Shown here in pieces: positions 9,132 to 19,820 of a DNA stretch of 58,930 bases. Position 1 is the first letter of the stretch; every line of letters starts with the position of its first letter. This DNA is from a virus (Duplodnaviria; Caudoviricetes). The translations under genes were made by a program, and so were the position numbers. Below the pieces are notes generated by a model. That model was not told the DNA's origin and ran no database searches. It was given only the letters and a program-made list of their open reading frames with translations. The stretch covers positions 1-58,930 of IMG/VR virus record IMGVR_UViG_3300025801_000025. The stretch is one strand, 5' to 3'.

Positions 9132-10181
9132 ATGGCTATTCATAAGCTAGCAACAGATACTGCCCGAGTCGGTGTCATTAAGGGCATTATGCTCGATACG
9201 GCTATGGCGGAAGAGGCATTGAGTTCTGCAGGAGACACCATCCCAATGCAGACTAACGCAGGTAATGTTTATAAGTTCAAGCGGTTTATTTTACCGTCTG
9301 GGACTGATAACCTATGGGTGGCGGCTGGAGGTGACGACGAGTTCGTACAGTCTCGGCAAGCGGCTGAGGGTGTGACTCCCACAGCCAAGTCAGTTTCCTC
9401 CACCATCATTTCTGCAACTCCTATTCGATATTCCGTCCTCTATGGATACACGAAGGAGACAGCAATTCTATTCGAGGATGATATTCCGCATCAGGAAGTA
9501 GAGTTTGCCGGAGATGAAATTCGACTTGTCCGAGAGTTCCATAACTTCGGTAAGTTGAAGGCTGCTACCAATGCGTTCTTTGGGGGTACTGGTGTTACCA
9601 CTGGTACGGTTAATGGTACGATTACAAAGACTCTCTTAATGAAAGTTAAGCAGGATCTTCGTCGGTACCATTGCAAACCCCAGAATAAGGCACTAAAGGG
9701 CAGTACTGATTACGCTACATATCCAATACCAGGGTGTTATCCAGCGTATTGTCATACTGACTTGGAGTATGATATCCGTAACCTTCCTGGGTTTGTGAGT
9801 GTGGAGGAATATGGATCAATGGCAACTATTTCACCCAATGAAATTGGGGCAGATAGACAATCTGGATTCAGATTTGTTCTTACTCCTGAATTGACTTACC
9901 AACCAAATGCTGGTGCGGCAGTCGGCTCAACTGGTCTAGCCTCTGATAATGCTTCGAATATCAATGTGTATTCGATGATTGTAATGGGCCAGAACTACTT
10001 CAAGCAGGTCGCACTTCGTGGCAAGGACTCAGTTCGGGTAAACCATATCCCCTATGACCGTGCCGATAAGGCTGATCCTGGTGGCGACCGCGGTTATATC
10101 TTTGGTGAAACTTACCACGTAGCTGAGATTACTAACCAGGACTGGGGCGCTACTGTTGAAATTGGGCGTACTGCTATCTGA
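9132..10181 (+). CDS. Major capsid protein (N4-gp56-like)
   Basis: EGVTP, CHTDLEYDIRNLPGF..VEEYG, EIG, DP.GDRG motifs. Confidence 0.88.
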   Translation: MAIHKLATDTARVGVIKGIMLDTAMAEEALSSAGDTIPMQTNAGNVYKFKRFILPSGTDNLWVAAGGDDEFVQSRQAAEGVTPTAKSVSSTIISATPIRYSVLYGYTKETAILFEDDIPHQEVEFAGDEIRLVREFHNFGKLKAATNAFFGGTGVTTGTVNGTITKTLLMKVKQDLRRYHCKPQNKALKGSTDYATYPIPGCYPAYCHTDLEYDIRNLPGFVSVEEYGSMATISPNEIGADRQSGFRFVLTPELTYQPNAGAAVGSTGLASDNASNINVYSMIVMGQNYFKQVALRGKDSVRVNHIPYDRADKADPGGDRGYIFGETYHVAEITNQDWGATVEIGRTAI

Positions 10182-10190
10182 GGCTAGATT

Positions 10191-10745
10191 ATGACTGCTT
10201 CTATTAAAGAGTATATCCAAGAAGTGAGTGATTCTGCTTCGCAGAGGGCATTATACGCCCTCTTTGAGGCGGTTCGTTCTGAGCTTGCTGAGTTGAAGAC
10301 TGACTCAGTAATTAATGCACCAACTCTAAGCACTGGGTCTACCGCCGAGAATGTAGCTACTACAGCATTTCAATATCGTATTGATGGTGTTACGTATACC
10401 AAAGCGGCTGTTACTGCAGGTACAGCTCTAGGTATTACAGATACTATCAATACTGGAGCTGCTACTGGCACGTTTTATGGTGGATTCGCTGCTCAGATCA
10501 ATGCTGGTGGTACAATCACTTTCAAGTCGGCTGCAACTGATCAAGTAAAGACTAGTGAGGCGGCTGCTGAAGCTGTAGCACGAGCAATTACGGCTACTGC
10601 CGGGAATGTTATCATCGGTTATTTTGCCGTTGGTGCTACCGCTGATGCAGATTGGGTAGCTGGAACTGATGATCTTACGGCAGCGTCGGATTGTACTAGT
10701 GTAACTTATTGGTCGGCAGATGCCGACCATTTTCTAACGGAGTAA
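10191..10745 (+). CDS. Putative capsid decoration/virion protein
   Basis: A/T/G-rich beta-type protein right after the capsid gene. Confidence 0.5.
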   Translation: MTASIKEYIQEVSDSASQRALYALFEAVRSELAELKTDSVINAPTLSTGSTAENVATTAFQYRIDGVTYTKAAVTAGTALGITDTINTGAATGTFYGGFAAQINAGGTITFKSAATDQVKTSEAAAEAVARAITATAGNVIIGYFAVGATADADWVAGTDDLTAASDCTSVTYWSADADHFLTE

Positions 10746-10749
10746 ACCT

Positions 10750-11133
10750 ATGGCTTATGTTGCTGTTTCTGCGGTAACTGGACTTACAGTTGCCTTTCAA
10801 TCTCAAGGTGGTACGGCCTCGGATTATTGCGCAATTCGAGGATATGGTACATATACTGCTGCTGACTTCTATCTGGACTACTCTAATGGCCCTGGGTTTA
10901 GCCCGTCCAAGGTAGTAGTGACTAACTTAACAGATGGTACTATGGGCGTATGGTGGCTGAGTGGTACTGGACTAACGAAGGTTGGCTATACACAGGTTGC
11001 AGCTGGAGATAAGACTCTTGTTGCCGCCGCTAGCATTGGTGTAGCTTATTCAGATGGCCACCTCAATGTAGATGTCTCAGATTGTTGCCCTATCACAACT
11101 AATGATGACTTTCTAATCGAGTGTTATCGATAA
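10750..11133 (+). CDS. Putative virion protein
   Basis: Tightly packed ORF in the head module. Confidence 0.5.
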   Translation: MAYVAVSAVTGLTVAFQSQGGTASDYCAIRGYGTYTAADFYLDYSNGPGFSPSKVVVTNLTDGTMGVWWLSGTGLTKVGYTQVAAGDKTLVAAASIGVAYSDGHLNVDVSDCCPITTNDDFLIECYR

Positions 11134-11178
11134 TGGAGACTATATGGGGTGCCCTAGTGGCACTCCAGAGGTATAAAC

Positions 11179-11586
11179 ATGGCTGATACAATTACTACAA
11201 CCACTCTTCGATCAGAAGGCAGATCTTATGCTTTTTCTAGACTATGCGTTTCAGATGGCACCGGAGAAAGTGGAGCAATAGTTGTAGATAAATCAGCTAT
11301 GACTATTGGCGGTCAATATCCTGCGATTGCTGTGAGTCATGCGGCCATTGAACGAGTTAGGGGTATCAACTCAGGATTTACTACTATAACTCTCTCTTGG
11401 GATCACACCACAGATGATGTGGCGTTAGTACTTCCTGCTGGAGCTATCAACATGGACTTTCGAGATGTAGGTGGGTTACACGACCCTCAATCTACTGGAG
11501 GTACAGGAGACCTCTTAATTACCACTGCTGGTGCAGACTCAGGAGATTTGTACCACTTAATCATTGAACTTACTCTCTACGCATAA
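11179..11586 (+). CDS. Putative virion protein
   Basis: GAGG RBS; DGTGES...GTGDLLITT motif seen in phage structural proteins. Confidence 0.5.
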   Translation: MADTITTTTLRSEGRSYAFSRLCVSDGTGESGAIVVDKSAMTIGGQYPAIAVSHAAIERVRGINSGFTTITLSWDHTTDDVALVLPAGAINMDFRDVGGLHDPQSTGGTGDLLITTAGADSGDLYHLIIELTLYA

Positions 11587-12044
11587 TGGCTACTAAAATA
11601 ATTCAAAGGTCTTTGGAGGCAGATGATACTGCTGGTCCTAAGATCGAAATTAATACTTCCCTACCGTTAGTTGATGATATCCCACAAGATGCAGATGATA
11701 AGCTATTTAGGGAACTGGCTTTTTTAAATCAGCTTGTAGAGATTGTGCTACAGCCTTTAGAAGCATCTATGGGTGAACCGTCGGTTCCTATTAGTGTAGA
11801 TGGCGACCGTATATCTTTAACCCCAGGAATTCCTATTACAGTTCGGCGTTATCATCTTGATAGGCTTATTAGGGCTCGGCCTGATTCTGTTACTAGGGAC
11901 GGCGGCGAAATTTCTATGCCTGAAAGTCAACGTAATTTAGTGTATCGTCAAAGTTTTTCTCGCTATAATTTTGACATAATTAAAGATACACCTGCCGGAC
12001 TGGATTGGGCCAGAGAACTTCGTAGAAAGTATACTCGTCGATGA
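11586..12044 (+). CDS. Hypothetical protein (head module)
   Basis: Coupled ORF; conserved-looking VPISVDG...PG.PITV.R. Confidence 0.55.
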   Translation: MATKIIQRSLEADDTAGPKIEINTSLPLVDDIPQDADDKLFRELAFLNQLVEIVLQPLEASMGEPSVPISVDGDRISLTPGIPITVRRYHLDRLIRARPDSVTRDGGEISMPESQRNLVYRQSFSRYNFDIIKDTPAGLDWARELRRKYTRR

Positions 12045-12736
12045 ACTTCAAAGACCTTTGCGAGTTAGTATTTGAAGAGGTTAATGGAAGGCCATTAACC
12101 TTTTCATCTATTAGCCTAAGTACGTTAACTGATCCATTGCAGCGCCGCGTTGTCAAGGAAGTGAAGAGGGCTTATTGGGATATCTTGCTTTATTCACGAC
12201 ATTGGCGGTTCTTATTCCGTCGCGGTCTGATGGCTACGCTATACTCCAACACCTACGACTACCAGCTATGCAATATCCAATCTTTTGATTGGAATAGTTT
12301 ATATCTTACTCAGGATGATACTGATGCTCGTTGGCCTGTATATGAAGAGCTGTTCGACTCTTGGAGTTTAAGAGAGCAAACAAGTCAAGAGACTATTGGG
12401 ATTCCCACAAACATGATTCGGTCTAGAGAGCCAGACCATTGGCTGTTTTGGCCGATTCCTAATGGAACTTACTATCTAAATGGGAACTACCAATATAAAC
12501 CCTCTAATTTCTCTCTAGCCACGGATGTACCTCTCTGGGATGAGGAGTATCATGAATTAATTGCTTGGATTGCGGTTCGTCGCTTAGAAGCTCGTGTAAA
12601 AACTCAGGATGAGATTGTAAGCCAGCTTAATACTCTTGAAGCTATTCGGCTTACTGGGTCTGTTGGAGATAGGTTCTTAGAACGATATTTTCCAAAAATC
12701 GGTAATAACTACAATATTTACTCCTTTGGGGGATAA
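12041..12736 (+). CDS. Head-tail adaptor (tail tubular A-like)
   Basis: MNFKDL, W.FL, FWPIPN, VPLWDEEYHELI motifs. Confidence 0.7.
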   Translation: MNFKDLCELVFEEVNGRPLTFSSISLSTLTDPLQRRVVKEVKRAYWDILLYSRHWRFLFRRGLMATLYSNTYDYQLCNIQSFDWNSLYLTQDDTDARWPVYEELFDSWSLREQTSQETIGIPTNMIRSREPDHWLFWPIPNGTYYLNGNYQYKPSNFSLATDVPLWDEEYHELIAWIAVRRLEARVKTQDEIVSQLNTLEAIRLTGSVGDRFLERYFPKIGNNYNIYSFGG

Positions 12737-12738
12737 TA

Positions 12739-13863
12739 ATGGCTAACCCAGTTGATGTTAAGTGGTTTTCGTCTGATATGGCTGGTGCTCCAACGTTATC
12801 TGGGGAAGTAGGTAAGACGATTGGAGTTCTAGACGCTTGTTTAATCGATGGATTTGGAGACATAACGCTAGATAGTGTTAGTGTTTCTAGTAGTATCGCT
12901 ACTGCTACATATAGTGCGGGTCATGGGTTTCTTGACCACTCGGTTATCCTTATCGCCGGTGCAGGTGATTCCTACGTCAATGGTGATAAGCGAATAACGT
13001 ATGTTAGCTCTACTCAATTCACTTTTGACGCTACTGGAGCTGGCGATGGATCAGTTAGTGGAACTATTACTGCCAAAGTTTCTCCAGTAGGATGGACTAA
13101 AGATTATTCTGGAACTAACAAAGCCGCTTATGCTAGGAGCGATGTGACAGCTACAGGGGCTTTACTTCGTATTGACAACTCTGGTACTGGCTCGGCTACA
13201 TACATACGAGTGCGGGGCTATGAATCGATGACTGATGTTGATACTGGTAGCGGAGAGTTTCCTACAGACGCTCAAGTATCTGGTGGTCACTACTGGGCGC
13301 AAAGTTCTACAGCATCTTCTACTACTAGAGAGTGGAGACTAGCCGCGGATGGACTATCTCTCGTCCTTTGGGTTAACCACAGTGGCACTGCTACTGCTGC
13401 TTCCGTCAATTACTTTGGTGATTTAGAAAGTGAAAAGGCTAGCGATGCTTATTGTGCAATGCTAACTGGTGGGGTAACTACTAGTGTGGCTAGCATGAGT
13501 GGTTTGGTAGGCACTAGCGCCAATAATAAGTTTATGCCCAAATCGTATACTCAGGTGGGAACATCTACTGAGGGTATTTTTAAAGGTCATGTACTAAATA
13601 GTAGTGGTATGGGTTATGCTGGCAGTGCTTATCCATCGGCTCTAGGATCTCAAGTATACATTACTAAGCCTGAGATTTGGGAGTCGGCTACTGTATTCAG
13701 AGGTACAATTCCGGGTGTCTATGCTCCTATCCACGCGGCTTCTGGAATCACAGATGGAGACTCTACTACTTCTATAACTGGATTAGAAAATAGGGTAATT
13801 CAGTTCTGGAGGGCACAGGCTTCCTATTGTGTAGCTGTTGATCTGACGGGGCCTTGGAGATAA
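12739..13863 (+). CDS. Tail/fibre-associated virion protein
   Basis: SSDMAGAPTLSG..G..IGVLDACLIDGFG N-terminus and D.TGPW end typical of a phage tail protein family. Confidence 0.7.
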   Translation: MANPVDVKWFSSDMAGAPTLSGEVGKTIGVLDACLIDGFGDITLDSVSVSSSIATATYSAGHGFLDHSVILIAGAGDSYVNGDKRITYVSSTQFTFDATGAGDGSVSGTITAKVSPVGWTKDYSGTNKAAYARSDVTATGALLRIDNSGTGSATYIRVRGYESMTDVDTGSGEFPTDAQVSGGHYWAQSSTASSTTREWRLAADGLSLVLWVNHSGTATAASVNYFGDLESEKASDAYCAMLTGGVTTSVASMSGLVGTSANNKFMPKSYTQVGTSTEGIFKGHVLNSSGMGYAGSAYPSALGSQVYITKPEIWESATVFRGTIPGVYAPIHAASGITDGDSTTSITGLENRVIQFWRAQASYCVAVDLTGPWR

Positions 13864-14153
13864 TGGCAGGTTCAATTTTACAAGAGCTTCACAGTTACGA
13901 CCTAGACTTTGGCGGTTTAGGCCAAATTTCTGATACGATCGATGAAGAAGGTACTGCTGGGGCATATCGAGTACGTTTATACCATCGCTTGACTGGAAAA
14001 CTTATTAAGCAGGTGTGGAGTCATGCGGATGGAACATATACGTTTGACCACATTGCTGAGGAAAGTGAAGGATATTTCGTAGTTGGCTTTGATCACGGGG
14101 CAACTCCTGTGCAGGCAGCAGTAGGAGATTTGATTACTCCGGAGCCTATGTAA
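13863..14153 (+). CDS. Small Ig/carboxypeptidase-regulatory-like tail protein
   Basis: RVRLYHR.TG.L....WS.ADG.Y.F pattern; TAATG coupling. Confidence 0.6.
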   Translation: MAGSILQELHSYDLDFGGLGQISDTIDEEGTAGAYRVRLYHRLTGKLIKQVWSHADGTYTFDHIAEESEGYFVVGFDHGATPVQAAVGDLITPEPM

Positions 14154-15088
14154 TGCCATACGAATCCCCAGGTTCAGCTACTCTCCATCTAGGAGGTGGA
14201 ATTGAGACTGTTGGATCAGCAACGCTCCACTTGGGAACCACTTCGTCCCTAGTTACTAGTTCACTCAGTCTAGATGGTATCCTAAAAGGAACTGGGATAA
14301 CTGCAACCATTAGTTTGGGTGGATTATTACAACAGGCTCAAAGCAGTGTAGTATCTCTGGATGCTATTTTGACTGCGGGAGGTACTGAAGAATCGGCCTC
14401 ATTAGACGCATTCCTTCAGCAAGCTCAATCACTAACAGCGTCTATAGATGGATTATTACAAGGCAGCCAACTTTCTACCACTCAAATTGATGCGTTATTA
14501 CAGTCAATTGCTTCTAGAGTAGCTAGCCTAGATGGATTGTTATCAGCCGAAGAGATGGCATCTATCAGCCTGGATGCCATGCTTCAAGCAACTAAGTCAA
14601 CTAATGTCAGCCTAGACGCCCTTTTGACTGGTGGAAGCAATATAGAATCTCTTAGCTTAGATGGGTTATTGCAATCAGGCTCCTTAAGTGCAAGCGGTCT
14701 AGATGCGGTACTTCAAACTTCTAACCTAACTACTTCAGGTCTAGATGCGTTGTTAAGGAGAATTGGGTCTACAACTGTAGGTATGGATGCTATAATCCAA
14801 GGCGGAATGACTCAGAATATTGAATTAGACGCTCTGCTTCAGCTAGTAAGATTTAGCACTATAGGGTTTGATGCAATACTTCAGCTTTCTTCGGTAGCAA
14901 GTGTAGGTATTGATGCGGTACTAATAATCCAACTAACTCAAACTAGCTCTCTTGATGCGTATTTACTGGCTTTGCTATCTTCACACACCCAACTCGATGC
15001 CATAGTCGGATTCACAATATACCAAGGATCGCAAGATAGGCTAGTTATCATCTCAGCTTCAAACAAGCTTGTGGTTATTCCATACTAA
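14153..15088 (+). CDS. ~14-aa repeat (SLDALLQ) virion protein 1
   Basis: About 17 repeats of (S/G)LD(A/G)LLQ. Confidence 0.7.
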   Translation: MPYESPGSATLHLGGGIETVGSATLHLGTTSSLVTSSLSLDGILKGTGITATISLGGLLQQAQSSVVSLDAILTAGGTEESASLDAFLQQAQSLTASIDGLLQGSQLSTTQIDALLQSIASRVASLDGLLSAEEMASISLDAMLQATKSTNVSLDALLTGGSNIESLSLDGLLQSGSLSASGLDAVLQTSNLTTSGLDALLRRIGSTTVGMDAIIQGGMTQNIELDALLQLVRFSTIGFDAILQLSSVASVGIDAVLIIQLTQTSSLDAYLLALLSSHTQLDAIVGFTIYQGSQDRLVIISASNKLVVIPY

Positions 15089-15091
15089 GCT

Positions 15092-15841
15092 ATGATATTC
15101 CAATTCGCCAATAACATTGAGCAGGCCAGTACATACCATACAGGCACACCTAACTATGTGGATGTTAGTGCGAGCTTTAGTGCTACTGAAGGGCATGAGA
15201 AGTTTACTGACGCAGAGACGGATAATAGTTGGAGTGACGGGGATCAGTTAGCAATCCGAGTAGAACAGGATGCTACTCATGTTTGGGTAGGAGTAGGAAC
15301 GTGGGATGCTACGAATAAATATATCGAGATGGATACTCAGGAGTCTGGGTCTATAGGAACACTAACTGATAGTGCGTCTGTAACCGTTACTGCTACGGTT
15401 ACACGAGGATCATTAAGGCTACATGCTGGTCGAATGCGGCGGTCTTCGACCCAATCGATAAACAGTGGCTCTCACACGTTAATCCAATTGGCTACTGCCG
15501 ACTTTGACTATGGTGGGATTACTACAGTAGGGTCATATCGGTTTGATATTATCAGAGATGCGGTGTATCAAATCTCTTTTGGAGCAGGTTTTAATGGGTT
15601 ATCTGCTGGAACTCAGATGGCAGGAACAGCGTATGTGAATGGCACTGCTATTTACCGTCATGCAAGTGGGGCGTGTGCATCTACAGGAGATGTTAGTGTG
15701 TCAGGGAGTTTTCCCTATGAACTAGCTGCTGGAGATTATGTAGAATTGCGACTCTACCATAATCAAGGGTCAGCTGTTAATACATCCTCTTTCACCCACT
15801 ACCAGCCGTGGCTGGGTGTTACTCAGCTAACCTATTGGTAA
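15092..15841 (+). CDS. Tail fibre protein with C1q/TNF-like C-terminal domain
   Basis: VYQISF...LAAGDYVELRLY pattern. Confidence 0.6.
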   Translation: MIFQFANNIEQASTYHTGTPNYVDVSASFSATEGHEKFTDAETDNSWSDGDQLAIRVEQDATHVWVGVGTWDATNKYIEMDTQESGSIGTLTDSASVTVTATVTRGSLRLHAGRMRRSSTQSINSGSHTLIQLATADFDYGGITTVGSYRFDIIRDAVYQISFGAGFNGLSAGTQMAGTAYVNGTAIYRHASGACASTGDVSVSGSFPYELAAGDYVELRLYHNQGSAVNTSSFTHYQPWLGVTQLTYW

Positions 15842-15845
15842 GTAG

Positions 15846-16625
15846 ATGCTAGGCTCTAGGGTTCTTGGAGAGGGGATTTTAGGTGGAGAACTATCTACTA
15901 CAGACGCGGTAAAGATAGTTGTTTCGCTGGACGTCCTACTAAAAGGAACAGGAATTACTAGTATTGTGTCTGTGGACGGGTTGCTTCAACAGATTGCAGT
16001 AACTTCTACAGCAAGCTTAGATGCAGTTATTGCCAGTGCAATATCAATTCCAATTGACGGGCTATTGCAAACTTCAGAGGTAATACCTACCAGTCTAGAT
16101 GGGCTATTGCAAACTGGAGGTAGTATAACTTTAGGTACAGATGCCCTTTTAAGGGGGATAAAGACCTCTACTACTGAGATTGATGGACTTGTTCAAGATA
16201 CACTATTCCAATCTGCTTCTATGGATGGAGTTCTCCAAGATAGTTTTAGTAGGTCTTTGGCATTTGATAGCTTACTTCAAGACACCTACAATTCAAATGT
16301 AGGATTAGATAGTCTGGTTAGGGACACTATTAGGAACATACTTTCTACTGATGGTCTTTTACAAGCATCTTATGACAATAATATCACACTAAATGCTTAT
16401 CTTGCAGTTGCTCTGGGAACTACCCTTTCTCTATCTGCTATTTTAGCTTCACCAATAAATGAGAGTAGACTGGTATCCATTAATGCTTGCGAGAGACTTA
16501 TTTCTATCCCTACTCCAAGTGCTAGGGTTATAGCTATAGACCCTTCAGATCGATATGTCACTATTGCATCTAGCGAGCATATTACAACTATTACAGCTAG
16601 TGACTATATTTCAACTGTTACTTAG
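15846..16625 (+). CDS. ~14-aa repeat (SLDGLLQ) virion protein 2
   Basis: Same repeat as 14153..15088; both contain LD.(I/L)LKGTGIT. Confidence 0.7.
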   Translation: MLGSRVLGEGILGGELSTTDAVKIVVSLDVLLKGTGITSIVSVDGLLQQIAVTSTASLDAVIASAISIPIDGLLQTSEVIPTSLDGLLQTGGSITLGTDALLRGIKTSTTEIDGLVQDTLFQSASMDGVLQDSFSRSLAFDSLLQDTYNSNVGLDSLVRDTIRNILSTDGLLQASYDNNITLNAYLAVALGTTLSLSAILASPINESRLVSINACERLISIPTPSARVIAIDPSDRYVTIASSEHITTITASDYISTVT

Positions 16626-16640
16626 ATATGAGGCAAACTA

Positions 16641-17150
16641 ATGGCCGCAACGATTCAAATCCATGAAATGACAACTGACGCTGATACCGGAACTGATAAG
16701 ACTTCTGGCACTGTACGGTTTAAAGCCGCCAATGACACTACTGTAGATACTAATGATCCACTAGTAATTCCTGGGGCCGGTACTGATTATAGTTACACCA
16801 AGAAGCTCCGTCCTTACATGGAAGCACCTCCGGATACTAATATCTCCAACATCCGATGGTATACAGATGGGTCTAGTGGATTTGGGACTGGAGTGAGTGT
16901 GTATGCCAAGAATATTGGTACTACTTTCGGCTCTCACTATGATACTGAAATGAGCGGCGGAACGGATCTCTTTACCTACACTAGTGGCTCTCCTCTTGAT
17001 GGAGATGGTACAGATGCGGGGCCATTTGTTCCTGCAGATGATAATACATATATTGGAGACATTATTGAGTTGCAAATGTGGATTGCAAGCACTGCTAGTA
17101 ATGGAGCTTTGTCAGCAGAGACATTAACGCTAGCATGGGATGAGATTTAA
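16641..17150 (+). CDS. Putative virion protein
   Basis: GAGG RBS; T/G/D-rich; ends ETLTLAWDEI. Confidence 0.55.
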   Translation: MAATIQIHEMTTDADTGTDKTSGTVRFKAANDTTVDTNDPLVIPGAGTDYSYTKKLRPYMEAPPDTNISNIRWYTDGSSGFGTGVSVYAKNIGTTFGSHYDTEMSGGTDLFTYTSGSPLDGDGTDAGPFVPADDNTYIGDIIELQMWIASTASNGALSAETLTLAWDEI

Positions 17151-17593
17151 TGATCCCTATAGCTGACCGCTATTCTTTTGAAGCAGAATGGCCGGACGGG
17201 AGGATTAGTCGTCTGGGTGGGAATATAAAGGGAGCCATAAAAGTCTCTCTTATTCCTGCTAAAGGGACTAATCTTCCACGACATGACCTTATAGGTCAAC
17301 CATTTGTGCATAGATTCATGAGGTATTTTAAAAGGAATATTGTAGGTGGGTTTGATAAAGAGCGCTATTGGGCAGAGCTAGAGAAGAATGTTTCTTCGTT
17401 TAGGTTAGAGGCTAGGAGTGCAAGAGACTCCAAAGGTACGTATTCTTCGCCTAGTCCTGTATCTCCCCCTGCCAAACCAATTCAATTAGACGAAGCTATT
17501 CAAGTAGTAGTAACAGAAATCCATCGATTTTATGTCCGCCATTTTGATGGAGCTGTCTTGATAACTCCTCCTGACTATGAGTTGTATTTATGA
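17150..17593 (+). CDS. Hypothetical protein
   Basis: Coupled ORF. Confidence 0.55.
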   Translation: MIPIADRYSFEAEWPDGRISRLGGNIKGAIKVSLIPAKGTNLPRHDLIGQPFVHRFMRYFKRNIVGGFDKERYWAELEKNVSSFRLEARSARDSKGTYSSPSPVSPPAKPIQLDEAIQVVVTEIHRFYVRHFDGAVLITPPDYELYL

Positions 17594-17949
17594 GCTACAT
17601 TCATAATAATACATGTCCAGTACAGTTAAGCAATGATCCTATTGATCCTAACTCAACTGACTGGATCTTTTTTTCTTATGAGAGCTGGCTGAGAAGTGAC
17701 GAGACTATTACACTTCATACGAGTGTAATAGTGGGAGGAACAGCGATAACCGCGTCAGCATATTTGGGCACTGTAGTAGACGAGGAGGGTACTTCGTATA
17801 CTAATACTTATGGTGTACAAGTAACTCCCACTGCTGGGGCCACTCAATTAAGTGTTACTCATCGGGTTACGACTTCTACATCCGGAATTGTAGATATCGG
17901 CCGCACAAATATTGATCACACAGCAGTTCTACAAGTGAAATCTCTCTGA
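17590..17949 (+). CDS. Putative tail-fibre adaptor
   Basis: DP...DW.F.Y..WL..DETI pattern. Confidence 0.5.
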   Translation: MSYIHNNTCPVQLSNDPIDPNSTDWIFFSYESWLRSDETITLHTSVIVGGTAITASAYLGTVVDEEGTSYTNTYGVQVTPTAGATQLSVTHRVTTSTSGIVDIGRTNIDHTAVLQVKSL

Positions 17950-19820
17950 TGTATACTGGTCGGCATATTGGTCCTATGCTTTCTAATGGAGGGTCGTTGG
18001 CTCTTCCTAGGAAGTTACTTGCTCAACTAGAAGCTAGGATGCAGGCTACGAGTCAGAAGTTTGGATCGTGGACAGTAACATTAACTGATGGAACTGTACT
18101 AAGGGTATCAATCATAAAAAACGGACTAGTGCCTATATATAAAGCAGTAGTTATTTCTGGTAGTTCAACTTCTACTCCAGTTATTCCTAGTGACTTTATT
18201 TATCAATTAGCTGATACTCAAACCACTTATGATGTGTGGACAGTTACTAATAAGAATGTTCTTTCCACTCAAACTAATATAGTAGGAAGTTCTCTAGCAG
18301 GAAGTAGTGAAGATATGCTTCCTGCTAGTGTTAACACTGGTCATCTGAAATCTTCATATGTAAATGGAGCTTTTACCAAGGGAACTATTAATTGGGATGG
18401 TTCTAACATTTTCTGGAAAGGGATTAAAAGTAGTATTTCAACCCCAGGTTCATATTCTGCGAGCTACTTATACGAATTAGGTATAGAAGGGGGCGTACAA
18501 AAATATAGGTTGATGTTTGCTCAACCTAATATTCCTAAGTCTTTAAAGTGTATTATAGAAGATGGTGTGCTCAAACGAGATCCTACTGGTCCTTCTACAT
18601 TTTCTAGTTATGCTTTTGCTCTTTCAGGTTTTAATTTTCTATCTAACTCCATTGCTTTACACCCTCAAGGAAGTGAGCTTGTTGGGGTTAGTATAAATGA
18701 AGACAATGAGTATGTTGCTACGATACTGTCTTATAATAAGGATACAGATACTTTTAGCACTAAAGAAGAACATACTCTAACTGGTATAAACCTACTTTGC
18801 CATGAAAATCTACATTATAATGGTGAAGGTGCTAGGGGAGATGGATGGTATATACAAGGAACGTCTTCTAGGGATTTACTTTATATTAGAGGGTGCTCGT
18901 CTCTATATAGCACCTATGACTTTGCTAACCCTACTTTAATAAAAGTATTTTTCGCATATGAAAAAGCTAGCCTTACAGATAATGGAGCTGTGTTTTTTAA
19001 TGTGGACTCCGAAGAAGGTTCTGCTTATTCTAATTTTAACCAGGCTTTAGTATTTGGTTATTTTAATGTTAGACAAGGAGGATTTGTGGAACTTTATGCA
19101 AAGGAGTATGCTCTTTCACTTTCTTTTGATGAAGTTGGAACAATAAACTCAGACCTTGGAGGTATGCCGTTTTATACCATATTATCCTTAGCTATGCCTG
19201 TAGGTTCGTTAGCTTTCAATAATAAGAATTATTTATTCTGCCTTAAGGTAAATAGGTATCAATTAAAAACAACAATACCTATTGCATTTAGTTATACATG
19301 GTGTTCAAATTGTTGGGATACTCCAGATGGTGACTCTGTAGAGTGGCAAATAGTTGAAACATTAGGATCTGATGACTTAGATAGGTATGAGGATTGGTAT
19401 CTAATTGACTCTGATGGACAAGTAAATACTTGGTCGTCTTTAATCGGAAGCTATAGTTCTAGTGTTCTTTGGAGTGGAGTTTTGGGTAGTCATTTTAGTG
19501 CGTTTTACTTATACTCTTCGGCGGCAATATCCTGTGTCATATATGACCCAGATGCCGACCCTCACTATGTATCAGTTGGTGAGTATGGGAGTGAAAGTGA
19601 GTTTGGTTATTATAGTTTACCTAATGCTACTTTTCCTACTACAGCTACTCTAAATGTGGATGAGTTAAATTGGAATATCAGCTCTACAGGAGTTGAAGCC
19701 GTTCAAATGAAATTTACTGTTCTAGGAGAGCCTCAGTTTTACTCGTGGCTAACACCTATCCATCGAACACTAACTAGCCAATCCAATTATAAACTTATTA
19801 CTCATATCAAAAATGACTGA
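17949..19820 (+). CDS. Hypothetical tail protein (623 aa), possible receptor-binding protein
   Basis: S/Y/G-rich; visibly more AT-rich than neighbours. Confidence 0.5.
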   Translation: MYTGRHIGPMLSNGGSLALPRKLLAQLEARMQATSQKFGSWTVTLTDGTVLRVSIIKNGLVPIYKAVVISGSSTSTPVIPSDFIYQLADTQTTYDVWTVTNKNVLSTQTNIVGSSLAGSSEDMLPASVNTGHLKSSYVNGAFTKGTINWDGSNIFWKGIKSSISTPGSYSASYLYELGIEGGVQKYRLMFAQPNIPKSLKCIIEDGVLKRDPTGPSTFSSYAFALSGFNFLSNSIALHPQGSELVGVSINEDNEYVATILSYNKDTDTFSTKEEHTLTGINLLCHENLHYNGEGARGDGWYIQGTSSRDLLYIRGCSSLYSTYDFANPTLIKVFFAYEKASLTDNGAVFFNVDSEEGSAYSNFNQALVFGYFNVRQGGFVELYAKEYALSLSFDEVGTINSDLGGMPFYTILSLAMPVGSLAFNNKNYLFCLKVNRYQLKTTIPIAFSYTWCSNCWDTPDGDSVEWQIVETLGSDDLDRYEDWYLIDSDGQVNTWSSLIGSYSSSVLWSGVLGSHFSAFYLYSSAAISCVIYDPDADPHYVSVGEYGSESEFGYYSLPNATFPTTATLNVDELNWNISSTGVEAVQMKFTVLGEPQFYSWLTPIHRTLTSQSNYKLITHIKND

